From contig JAVZLK010000017.1 in NCBI GenBank assembly GCA_038883795.1, positions 19,566 to 32,648 of the forward strand: DNA of 13,083 bases, in the 5' to 3' direction. Under the pieces are notes generated by a model. The model made no database searches. It saw only the letters and a program-made list of their open reading frames with translations, and was not told the DNA's origin. Origin of the DNA: Candidatus Bathyarchaeia archaeon (GTDB taxonomy: Archaea; Thermoproteota; Bathyarchaeia; Bathyarchaeales; Bathycorpusculaceae). Every line of letters starts with the position of its first letter. Within the stretch, counting starts at the first letter, position 1. This document shows positions 6,456 through 13,083 of the stretch, in pieces. A program made the translations under genes and the position numbers.

Positions 6456-7436
6456 ATGCACACAAGTAAAAATGTGAGGTATTACATATTGAGGCGAAGG
6501 ATAAAAGAGAAACGTGTTTATGAACAGAAGCGGATTGACGAGCAATCACTTTATTACATTGTCGAGAGGGATTTGGACAGAGAGGCAATTTTTGAACATC
6601 ATGATGGATGGTATTCTCAGGTTCCATTCGGTAAGGGAAAACGTATCGACTACGTTGTAAGGTATGGAACTGATATTTATGGAATCGAAGTCAAGAAAGG
6701 ATTTCCGACCGAGCGAGATTTTAAACAAGCGGAAAGGTATCTCAGCTTCTTTAATGGGATGTTTCTTGCATATCCATCGGACGCTGTGGGGCAAGCCGTT
6801 TACCTTAGCGAACTAAAAGAATCATTATACCCGGACATCGGTTTAATTTCTCTTACACTTTTTAGGTCGCATATAATTCGCAGAGCTAAGCGAAAAGAAC
6901 GCCAACATGAGCAAATATGGAAAACACAATTTGATGATGAGTATTTAAACCCCCAAAGTTGGAAACGAATTCAGTTAGATAGACTTCCTGAAACTGTTCT
7001 TGAAGACGGTGGTTTTTGGGTTACTTTTAACCGAGGTTATCAGAAGACTGAAAATCTTACGAAGCTTTCTTTTACCGAGGCTGATTGGAAAGGATTAGCG
7101 ATACTTTATGGTGCGCATTACTCTACCAGTTTTCACAAATATTTCTCCATTAACGACCTTAACAAAAATTATTATAAAGACATTGGCTGGAAGGGAATTT
7201 TTAGTTTAGAAAAATTGGAACTTTCTAATCTTGCTGTATCAAGAAGTTATGGAACGCTTGACTCTGCATGGAGCTTAAGCGATGCTGCATTTTTCTTCAT
7301 AGATAAGGTTCGAAAAGCCATTAAAACATGGCTTGGTAAATCAGAATGGGAAACCCTAAACAACAAAATTAGTGAATGGAAAAACCGACATAAGGAAAAC
7401 CAAGAAAAACACAAACATGAAATCATAGAGGAGTGA
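6456..7436 (+). CDS. PD-(D/E)XK superfamily nuclease with a possible C-terminal winged-helix region. The start may be TTG at 6489.
   Basis: RIDYVV...IYGIEVKKG...QAERYL...FLAYP...GLI fits the restriction-endonuclease fold (D...ExK...QxxxY). GTGAGGT at 6474-6480 is SD-like for the TTG at 6489. Confidence 0.7.
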   Translation: MHTSKNVRYYILRRRIKEKRVYEQKRIDEQSLYYIVERDLDREAIFEHHDGWYSQVPFGKGKRIDYVVRYGTDIYGIEVKKGFPTERDFKQAERYLSFFNGMFLAYPSDAVGQAVYLSELKESLYPDIGLISLTLFRSHIIRRAKRKERQHEQIWKTQFDDEYLNPQSWKRIQLDRLPETVLEDGGFWVTFNRGYQKTENLTKLSFTEADWKGLAILYGAHYSTSFHKYFSINDLNKNYYKDIGWKGIFSLEKLELSNLAVSRSYGTLDSAWSLSDAAFFFIDKVRKAIKTWLGKSEWETLNNKISEWKNRHKENQEKHKHEIIEE

Positions 7437-7472
7437 CAGCGATTATCGGCGGAAGAATTTCGACTTAGACTT

Positions 7473-8918
7473 TTATTTTGACCAGAATAAGTAAGCTTTA
7501 GTTTGAATTAAGAAGCTGCAGACTTTAATTAAATTGGCAAGTCTTTCAAGGGCTGCTTCCATTATTTCTTTTTCATAGATTTCTTTTCTTCCAAAGGGCA
7601 TGTGACATAAAAAGTATTTCATAAATCGTGCATGGCGGTTTTTAATGAAAGCTTCTTTAACTGTTCGTATTTCCGCCTCGCTTAGGCTTTGCAGCTTGTT
7701 CAAAACATATTTTTCGCTCGCTAATAGCTGAATGTTGAAGCCAAGTTTCTGGAGAGTTTCAGTTATCCGTATGGCTTCTTTTGGTGGCGGCTGCTCAATT
7801 ATTTTTTGCATTCCTGCTTTTTCTGCGAAGGGATTGTATTTTGCCATGACTGCCGGCATTTCCACATAAGGCGTGCCGACTAATGGCAGTGTTTCTTTTA
7901 CAAGTTTTGTGCCTAAGCCTATTGTTCGATATTTTGGGTGCACGACTACTCGGCTTATTATGCTTAGTTTCTCGTTTAGTTCTTTCATAGTCATTTTTGG
8001 TAAGACAAGCCTGCGTCCAAAGCATGTTGGTGGTGGATGAGCGTAAACTATGACTCCGCATAGTTCTTCGCCTCTTTTTAGGCAGAAGATTTTTCGTGGG
8101 CCAGCTATCTTGTGACTGCGATAGTGGAAGTATGCAAGTTTACGCCAATCCTCTGTTGTGCCTTCCTCTATACGCATTTCCTTAACAAGGCTACATTCCT
8201 TGGCTGGAACATTAGGATAATAGTTTACGGTTATTTCTCTGCCGAATCGCTTGTGGATATGCACACTTGGATTTAAATCTTCCAGGAGATCCGTGTGGGT
8301 TGTCGCTGCCAAAACTGCCTTACCTTGCTGTCTCGCCAGTTTTTGAAGGTTAGATGCCACGATTTTTGCTGTGTCGCGGTCAAGGGTTGCTGCAAACTCG
8401 TCCATTATCCAGAATTGAGCTTGACTTTCTATCATTTTGGCTATTTTGTAGCGGTATTTCTGCCCATCGCTTAGTTGTTCATAGCTTCGTAGGAAAAGGA
8501 AAGCGTCGTTTAAGCCTACTTTACTGAGGAGTTCTAAGCTTTCTTCTAAGGTTTTGCCTACGGTTTCGATTAGGGGCTTGTTTGGTTCGGGTTGGATTTC
8601 TGCGATGTTTATGCACTTTAGGCCCAAATCGTGGCGTATGTCTTTTTCCAAAGCCTTGAGCAAAACACTTTTTCCGCTTCCACTATCGCCCGTAATATAA
8701 ACAATATCCGTAAAGCCTATTTTCAGTTCAACGTTATCGTAGACAATAAATTTCTCCCATTTATCCAATCCTAACCCGAAAGCTTCAGCCACACCAATAA
8801 CACGTTCTGTTGGCTTTGGAGCCGCAGTCTCATAGCCTATATTAATTATAAACTTGCCTACTTCGCGGTCAAACTTGCGGGAGTATTGGCGTATGCGGAA
8901 AAACTCTCGCTTTTTCAT
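7473..8918 (-). CDS. ABC-type ATPase fused to a GNAT acetyltransferase (COG2401-like, Mom-like). Alternative start at 8999.
   Basis: Walker A GDSGSGKS, signature LSDGQ, Walker B WIMDEF and H-loop TTH, with no transmembrane segments. The C-terminal GNAT has FHYRSH and the acetyl-CoA loop SRVVVHPKYRTIGLG. Confidence 0.85.
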   Translation of the reverse strand: MKKREFFRIRQYSRKFDREVGKFIINIGYETAAPKPTERVIGVAEAFGLGLDKWEKFIVYDNVELKIGFTDIVYITGDSGSGKSVLLKALEKDIRHDLGLKCINIAEIQPEPNKPLIETVGKTLEESLELLSKVGLNDAFLFLRSYEQLSDGQKYRYKIAKMIESQAQFWIMDEFAATLDRDTAKIVASNLQKLARQQGKAVLAATTHTDLLEDLNPSVHIHKRFGREITVNYYPNVPAKECSLVKEMRIEEGTTEDWRKLAYFHYRSHKIAGPRKIFCLKRGEELCGVIVYAHPPPTCFGRRLVLPKMTMKELNEKLSIISRVVVHPKYRTIGLGTKLVKETLPLVGTPYVEMPAVMAKYNPFAEKAGMQKIIEQPPPKEAIRITETLQKLGFNIQLLASEKYVLNKLQSLSEAEIRTVKEAFIKNRHARFMKYFLCHMPFGRKEIYEKEIMEAALERLANLIKVCSFLIQTKAYLFWSK

Positions 8919-8989
8919 CTTGTTACGCCTGTGATCTTGTGTTTCTGAAGCTTGTGTCTTAGTTTCTTTAGTTTGTTTTTGGCGTTCAT
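8915..8989 (-). CDS. Putative 24-aa basic micropeptide MNAKNKLKKLRHKLQKHKITGVTR
   Basis: The ATG is 6 nt after the hub gene stop, and its TGA overlaps the ATPase ATG at 8918 (ATGA). It has 7 Lys, 2 Arg, 2 His and no acidic residues. It is below the ORF-track length cutoff. Confidence 0.5.
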   Translation of the reverse strand: MNAKNKLKKLRHKLQKHKITGVTR

Positions 8990-8995
8990 GGTTGG

Positions 8996-10657
8996 TCATC
9001 TTGCGATTTTGTGTCTGCTTAGGTGGTCGGTTTTGCTGCGTAGAGCGTACAGATAGTCAGCTAAGAGTGGAGGTTCGCGTCCCATCTCTAATGTGGTTTC
9101 GAGAGTTTGTGTCTTTGCGTCCACATGGTATTCAACGCTTAAAATGCGGAAGTCTGTGTCAATGTTCTCGTTTGTTATTGTTATGTGTATTTTGTCTCCT
9201 GGCAGGAGTGGCGTATTGCCATAGTCGATGACTGTGCTTCTTACTGTGAGGTATTCTGCTGGATTTTTGAGTTGGTTTAAGAGTGCTTTGGCTCTTAGCA
9301 TGCAGGCGTTGTCGCTGTAAAGCTCCTCATCGACTTCGACGAGTTCTCTTAAGCCATAGGCTTGTTGGCTTGTGGAGTCTTCTTGTGTGCTTTTCCATTT
9401 GCCGTATCCGAAATGGAACTGGTCTATCCACCAGTTTCCTGCACTTGCGTAGTTTTGGTCCGCTGCTATGCCTATTTCCTTGACAAATGCCCAATTGAAT
9501 AAGGTGTCAACCCAATCCCATTGGTCTGCGTTTTTGGTTCCGGCGTTGATTATGACTTTTTCCCACTTGTCAATTTCCGAAAGATTGAAGCTTTTAGATG
9601 CGCTGTTGTTCCAATAGTCTATGGCGTTTATCCAGCAAAGTTTAGAGTGTTTATCGTCAACTCGGAGGGCGAAGCTGATTTTTGGAAATTCGTTGAGGTT
9701 TATCAAAAAGTTCTGATTGAATATCCAGTCAACTCTTGTGTAATACATGTAAGCTGATTCAATGACCTTAACGCTTTTAGTCCCAGCATACTTAACAGAT
9801 GTGTCCAAAGCGAGGTTTGTGCTTCCCGTCATAACGCTCCATTTGCCATAAATGTCATGTATCAGCTCATCTGAACCGCCCCAGCCAGTGCCTTCGCTAA
9901 CAGTTAAATCCTCGGTAAGCGTGTCGCTCCAAGGTCTGCCATCGACATCAACAGGGAAGGGCTTGTCGGCGGTGCCGTATACCGTGATTTTGTTGCGGAT
10001 GCTATGGATGTCTTTTCGGTATTCGCTAACCTCAATTTTGTCGGTAAGGCTTACTGGTGAAGTTTTGCTGTTTCTTGGGAAAAACTCAAATTTTCCGTCT
10101 GGAGCCACACGAAAATCAAAGCCTATAACGCCTTGCTTGTCCGCTGAGCCCGCTATGTATTTGAGGATGTCGAAAACTGGCGTGTCCTGATACTCAAGCC
10201 GTATGTAGGTTGTATCCGTGTTTTCGACGAGCTCTGTGGAATCTCTGACATGGCTTAAACCAACATAGTAATCAATTAAGTCTTTGACGATTTCTTCGCC
10301 CTTTTTGTTCTCGTAAGTTTTGGTTACAACACGGCGGAATAGGCGTTCGCCCCAACACCGTCCAGAAACACGAAGATAGTTTTCCGTCGGCGAGGATTCA
10401 TATTTGACGGCTTCAACACGGCAAGTGATTATCTGCGGACAGTTTGTGCCTCTGCCTATGCTTATGCTTCCATCCATGCCAACATTAATCGGATAAGACC
10501 CGTTTGGACTATACTTTTTATCCCAATTTTGTAAGAGCACTTCAAAACTGCTGACCTCTTTCGTGCAGCCTAAATGAACACGGCATTCGATAACATCGCC
10601 TTGTGGAATGCCATAAGGACCAAGAGCTATTGTAACTTTGGGAATTTCAACGCTCAC
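8996..10657 (-). CDS. Baseplate hub / tail tip protein (Tal, gpD or gp27-like) with an inserted Trp-rich beta domain
   Basis: It lies directly after the tape measure-like gene. Hub-like motifs include L.VSGRCW, EIVKDLI, NKITVYG, SQQAYGLRE, AKALL and LPGDKI.I...RILSVEY. Confidence 0.72.
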   Translation of the reverse strand: MSVEIPKVTIALGPYGIPQGDVIECRVHLGCTKEVSSFEVLLQNWDKKYSPNGSYPINVGMDGSISIGRGTNCPQIITCRVEAVKYESSPTENYLRVSGRCWGERLFRRVVTKTYENKKGEEIVKDLIDYYVGLSHVRDSTELVENTDTTYIRLEYQDTPVFDILKYIAGSADKQGVIGFDFRVAPDGKFEFFPRNSKTSPVSLTDKIEVSEYRKDIHSIRNKITVYGTADKPFPVDVDGRPWSDTLTEDLTVSEGTGWGGSDELIHDIYGKWSVMTGSTNLALDTSVKYAGTKSVKVIESAYMYYTRVDWIFNQNFLINLNEFPKISFALRVDDKHSKLCWINAIDYWNNSASKSFNLSEIDKWEKVIINAGTKNADQWDWVDTLFNWAFVKEIGIAADQNYASAGNWWIDQFHFGYGKWKSTQEDSTSQQAYGLRELVEVDEELYSDNACMLRAKALLNQLKNPAEYLTVRSTVIDYGNTPLLPGDKIHITITNENIDTDFRILSVEYHVDAKTQTLETTLEMGREPPLLADYLYALRSKTDHLSRHKIAR

Positions 10658-10660
10658 GGG

Positions 10661-11203
10661 CTATTCTACACCTCGCCTATACAGCTCCTCTTCTCCAGCC
10701 CTGCGAATGCTACGCCCACGCTCAGGCATTTCAGCAACAGCCTCATTGAAGCTCTGCACAGAAGCAGTTGCAGCGTTCATTTGGCTGGAGAAATACCACA
10801 TGGCTGCAGCGGCGCCAACAATAGCGGCTATTCCTACACCTGTTAAAGCCAGAAAACTCGCATAACTAATGTTTAAGGCATTTTGGGCAGCAGTTGCAAC
10901 CCAGCAGGCAGCCGCATAAACTTTTTGGGCTACGGCTACGCCCCATGACGTGCGCATAAACATGCCAAGCACGGTTACGACGGACATGGCGCTGCTCAAA
11001 ACACGCGTTTGTTCACTGTTTAAAATGCCAAACTCGTGGGCTATGTGGGCAATAGCGGTTCCAGTTGCTCCTAAACCAGCTATGGCTGAGCCAAGGCTCT
11101 TAATCCGCACACTCAAAGCCTCAGCGTCCGTTTGAATCCTTGCTAACTCGTGGCTTGCACGGTTAACAGCACGAATAGTGACGGCAATTTCTCGAAAACT
11201 CAT
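10661..11203 (-). CDS. Short tape measure-like protein (180 aa)
   Basis: N-terminus IAVTIRAVNRAS resembles tape measure starts. The body is Ala/Gly-rich and helical with hydrophobic segments (TAAQNALN..., GIAAIVGAAAAMWYF). It sits between the chaperone and hub genes. Confidence 0.65.
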   Translation of the reverse strand: MSFREIAVTIRAVNRASHELARIQTDAEALSVRIKSLGSAIAGLGATGTAIAHIAHEFGILNSEQTRVLSSAMSVVTVLGMFMRTSWGVAVAQKVYAAACWVATAAQNALNISYASFLALTGVGIAAIVGAAAAMWYFSSQMNAATASVQSFNEAVAEMPERGRSIRRAGEEELYRRGVE

Positions 11204-11571
11204 TCAAGACCAGCCTCCGCTTTAGCAGCCTCTAAAGCGTCGCAAATGACAGCCTCAAGCTGTGGCAAATGTTCTTGAATGGCTGGGTAGAGGTATGGCT
11301 GGGCTTGCATGTAGCGTGTGCCAAGCTCAACAAATAGTGCATAGGTTGCTTCTGCACCAACTTCTGCAACCCATTCCTGAATTTTGGCGTAAATGCTACT
11401 CCGCAAGTGTCCAGTTCTAACGGGGACAAGCTGTTTTGCTAATGCTTTAACGTCTGCAGCCCAGCTTGCCAAAAGCCTATGCACATGACGTTGCATTCCT
11501 CTGTCAAGCCGTTGCATGGCTTGTCTAAACTCTTCAATGCCTTCAACATCGCAGGTTATTTCAACCGCCAT
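11200..11571 (-). CDS. HK97 gp10-like tail completion/neck protein
   Basis: Motifs PVRTGHLRSSI and YALFVELGTRYMQAQPYLYPA. Its stop overlaps the next start (ATGA). Confidence 0.88.
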   Translation of the reverse strand: MAVEITCDVEGIEEFRQAMQRLDRGMQRHVHRLLASWAADVKALAKQLVPVRTGHLRSSIYAKIQEWVAEVGAEATYALFVELGTRYMQAQPYLYPAIQEHLPQLEAVICDALEAAKAEAGLE

Positions 11572-11765
11572 TTGGCTTCACGCTCCGCCTTGGCTTTTTC
11601 CTCCTCTGCTTGTCTATCCAGCTCATTCAAAATCACGATGAACTCTTGCACTGTTTTTGCTGGTTGCCTTCGCAGTTGTGTGATGGTCCAGCCGAATTCT
11701 TTGCACAGGCGGAACTCTGTGATGGCTTGGTTTGGTTTTTGGCGTCTGATGGCTCTGATAAAAAA
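11556..11765 (-). CDS. -1 frameshift extension (gpT-like) of the tail assembly chaperone, giving a fusion of about 178 aa
   Basis: In-frame T-TTT-TTA at 11765-11759. The -1 frame reads IRAIRRQKPNQAITEFRLCKEFGWTITQLRRQPAKTVQEFIVILNELDRQAEEEKAKAEREAKWRLK, ending at TAA 11558-11556. Confidence 0.82.
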   Translation of the reverse strand, partial: FFIRAIRRQKPNQAITEFRLCKEFGWTITQLRRQPAKTVQEFIVILNELDRQAEEEKAKAEREAKWRLK

Positions 11766-12091
11766 GTCGTTTCTTCAAGGCTGACGTTGTTTAGGCGGTT
11801 CACTATTTGACTGAAAAGTTCGCCTAAGCCTATCGGTATGCCATCTTCCTCGCTGAGCAGCTTCTCGAGAGTTATTGGTTTATGTGGTGGCTGCTCTATG
11901 AGTGAAGCCCAAATGGTTTCCGCTTGAATTGCCACATAATCGCTTGCAACTACTTGTCCAGTGTGTTGACTATAGCGTGTGTATTTTTGGATTATTCTGC
12001 TGCGCTTAGCCCATGTTATCTCCTGAAAAACGTATTTGCCCGCGTATTCTTTGCCAAACCGGTCGTCTATTTCAACGGTTTCTTTTCGCAT
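11633..12091 (-). CDS. Tail assembly chaperone, zero-frame (gpG-like) product
   Basis: It lies between the tail tube and tape measure genes. The sequence is protein-like up to EETTFL and becomes low-complexity after the slippery site. Confidence 0.7.
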   Translation of the reverse strand: MRKETVEIDDRFGKEYAGKYVFQEITWAKRSRIIQKYTRYSQHTGQVVASDYVAIQAETIWASLIEQPPHKPITLEKLLSEEDGIPIGLGELFSQIVNRLNNVSLEETTFLSEPSDAKNQTKPSQSSACAKNSAGPSHNCEGNQQKQCKSSS

Positions 12092-12287
12092 TTTGAATCA
12101 TCTCCATGATGACTATTCTGTTTCGTATGGCTGTGTTGATGTCTTCAAGGACGATTTCCTGCATCCATTTAGGCATTCTCAAAATGCGGTTTCCAAGATT
12201 CTCCCAAATACGCATCCATTTTTTGCGCAGTTTGGCTTCCCGCCCAAAATTTTCTAAAATGCTAACTTCTGCGGTCACTTCACTCAC
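12072..12287 (-). CDS. Small helical viral hypothetical protein. The start may be GTG at 12278.
   Basis: It fills the gap between the tail tube stop (12289) and the chaperone start (12091). GGTGA is SD-like upstream of 12278. Confidence 0.7.
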   Translation of the reverse strand: MSEVTAEVSILENFGREAKLRKKWMRIWENLGNRILRMPKWMQEIVLEDINTAIRNRIVIMEMIQNAKRNR

Positions 12288-12288
12288 C

Positions 12289-13083
12289 TTAGCTTATGAA
12301 AACATCTCTTGCAACAAACTTCACTTTTAGGTTGACAAGATCTTCGAGGCGTGTGGGCGCTGTGATGTCTTCCCATTTGCAGTATTTGAATAGGGCGCTG
12401 TTGCCGCCGCCGAGTCCAAATTTTAGGCTGAACTCTGCATCGTTTATGACGTCTTCAAATTCTGCCTTATCCTCGAATTCAAAGGTTAATTCACCTGAAA
12501 GATTTCGGTGGCGGGCGGGCAAATACTTAAGCAAGTGTCCGCTTGTTTGGCGGATTACTGGAACGGGTTTCAGGTTGTTTTCTATGGTGAATTTCCAGTC
12601 TGTTACTCGCTCGACAGCTGTTGGGTTTGAGCCGTCTGCTGCTCCACATTGAACAAAGCTTTGGTCGTAGGGCACTGCTCCAGAATAGTCCGCGTAGGTG
12701 GCGCCTAAAATTTTGTTTGTTCCGATGGCTAAGTCTTGCCCGACCAGTTCTACGGTTGCCTTTACAAAATCTTCTATGCTGCATTCAACGCTCAGCTTGT
12801 CTATTCTGCAGCCTTTGTAGATTAGGCTTATTATGTCTGTGGCTGAAGCGAACAATCCCTTATAGTAGATTACTTGAATGCTTAGGCTGTTTAAGGTTTG
12901 GGCGTGTTGGATAAAGGCGATGGGTGCATCGCTTGGGAGTATGTGGCTAATTTTCAGGGTTGGTTTTCGCAAGCCCTTCTTTAAAGCCGTTAAATCTCTG
13001 CTGCCTATACCACGCACTTTGATTAGGTTTGGGTCGATTCCAGCATCAACGTTTTCCGATAGGACACCGAGCATAGAGGGGTT
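12289..13083 (-). CDS. Major tail tube protein, 5' end cut off by the window edge
   Basis: The frame is open to the window end. Beta-rich tail-tube patterns include YKGCRIDKLSVEC, VTDWKFTIENNL and RNLSGELTFEF. It lies upstream of the chaperone gene. Confidence 0.8.
   Translation of the reverse strand, partial: NPSMLGVLSENVDAGIDPNLIKVRGIGSRDLTALKKGLRKPTLKISHILPSDAPIAFIQHAQTLNSLSIQVIYYKGLFASATDIISLIYKGCRIDKLSVECSIEDFVKATVELVGQDLAIGTNKILGATYADYSGAVPYDQSFVQCGAADGSNPTAVERVTDWKFTIENNLKPVPVIRQTSGHLLKYLPARHRNLSGELTFEFEDKAEFEDVINDAEFSLKFGLGGGNSALFKYCKWEDITAPTRLEDLVNLKVKFVARDVFIS

Larger units (their letters stand above)
5451..13083. mobile_element. Integrated provirus of a tailed archaeal virus (Caudoviricetes, siphovirus-like), left end. 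It continues beyond the window.
   Basis: tRNA-derived att site, split integrase and a tightly packed minus-strand tail operon. Housekeeping genes stop at 5450. Confidence 0.9.

Noticed and set aside
7473-8999. ABC transporter ATP-binding subunit
   Set aside because: No permease or binding-protein gene is nearby, and the ATPase is fused to a GNAT domain inside a viral operon.
1288-12914. Remaining short ORFs in the track that overlap the called genes on the opposite strand or in other frames
   Set aside because: They are shadow ORFs of well-supported genes and have no motifs of their own.
8996-13083. Contractile injection system or tailocin
   Set aside because: No sheath, baseplate wedge or PAAR/spike gene is visible, and the att site with integrase points to a provirus. 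Genes beyond the window cannot be assessed.
1-13083. CRISPR array, insertion sequence or diversity-generating retroelement repeats
   Set aside because: No spaced direct repeats, transposase, reverse transcriptase or template/variable repeat pair was seen by eye. A self dot-plot would be needed to exclude weak repeats.

Overview
Archaeal chromosomal window, probably a TACK lineage such as Bathyarchaeia (inferred from gene content, not verified), that crosses a host/provirus junction at about 5451. The host side (1-5450) holds an archaeal SRP RNA on the minus strand, a retropepsin-like aspartyl protease broken by one in-frame TGA, and cutA. It also holds two convergent PfkA-family kinases (one ATP-type, one PPi-type), a class II fructose-bisphosphate aldolase, a p24/GOLD-like membrane protein and a nitroreductase. 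The proviral side (5451 to the window end) begins with the 3' half of a tRNA-Ser(GCT), which is the att site and is read antisense as part of an SSV1-type split tyrosine integrase. Next is a PD-(D/E)XK nuclease gene. On the minus strand runs a compact siphovirus-like tail operon: tail tube, small ORF, tail assembly chaperone with a -1 frameshift, HK97 gp10-like protein, a very short tape measure-like protein and a baseplate hub with an inserted domain. The operon ends in an unannotated 24-aa basic micro-ORF and an ABC-ATPase/Mom-like GNAT fusion. The best candidate for a new system is the micro-ORF plus ATPase-GNAT plus convergent nuclease, a possible viral DNA modification/restriction pair. 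All family assignments come from motif recognition by eye, with no database searches.
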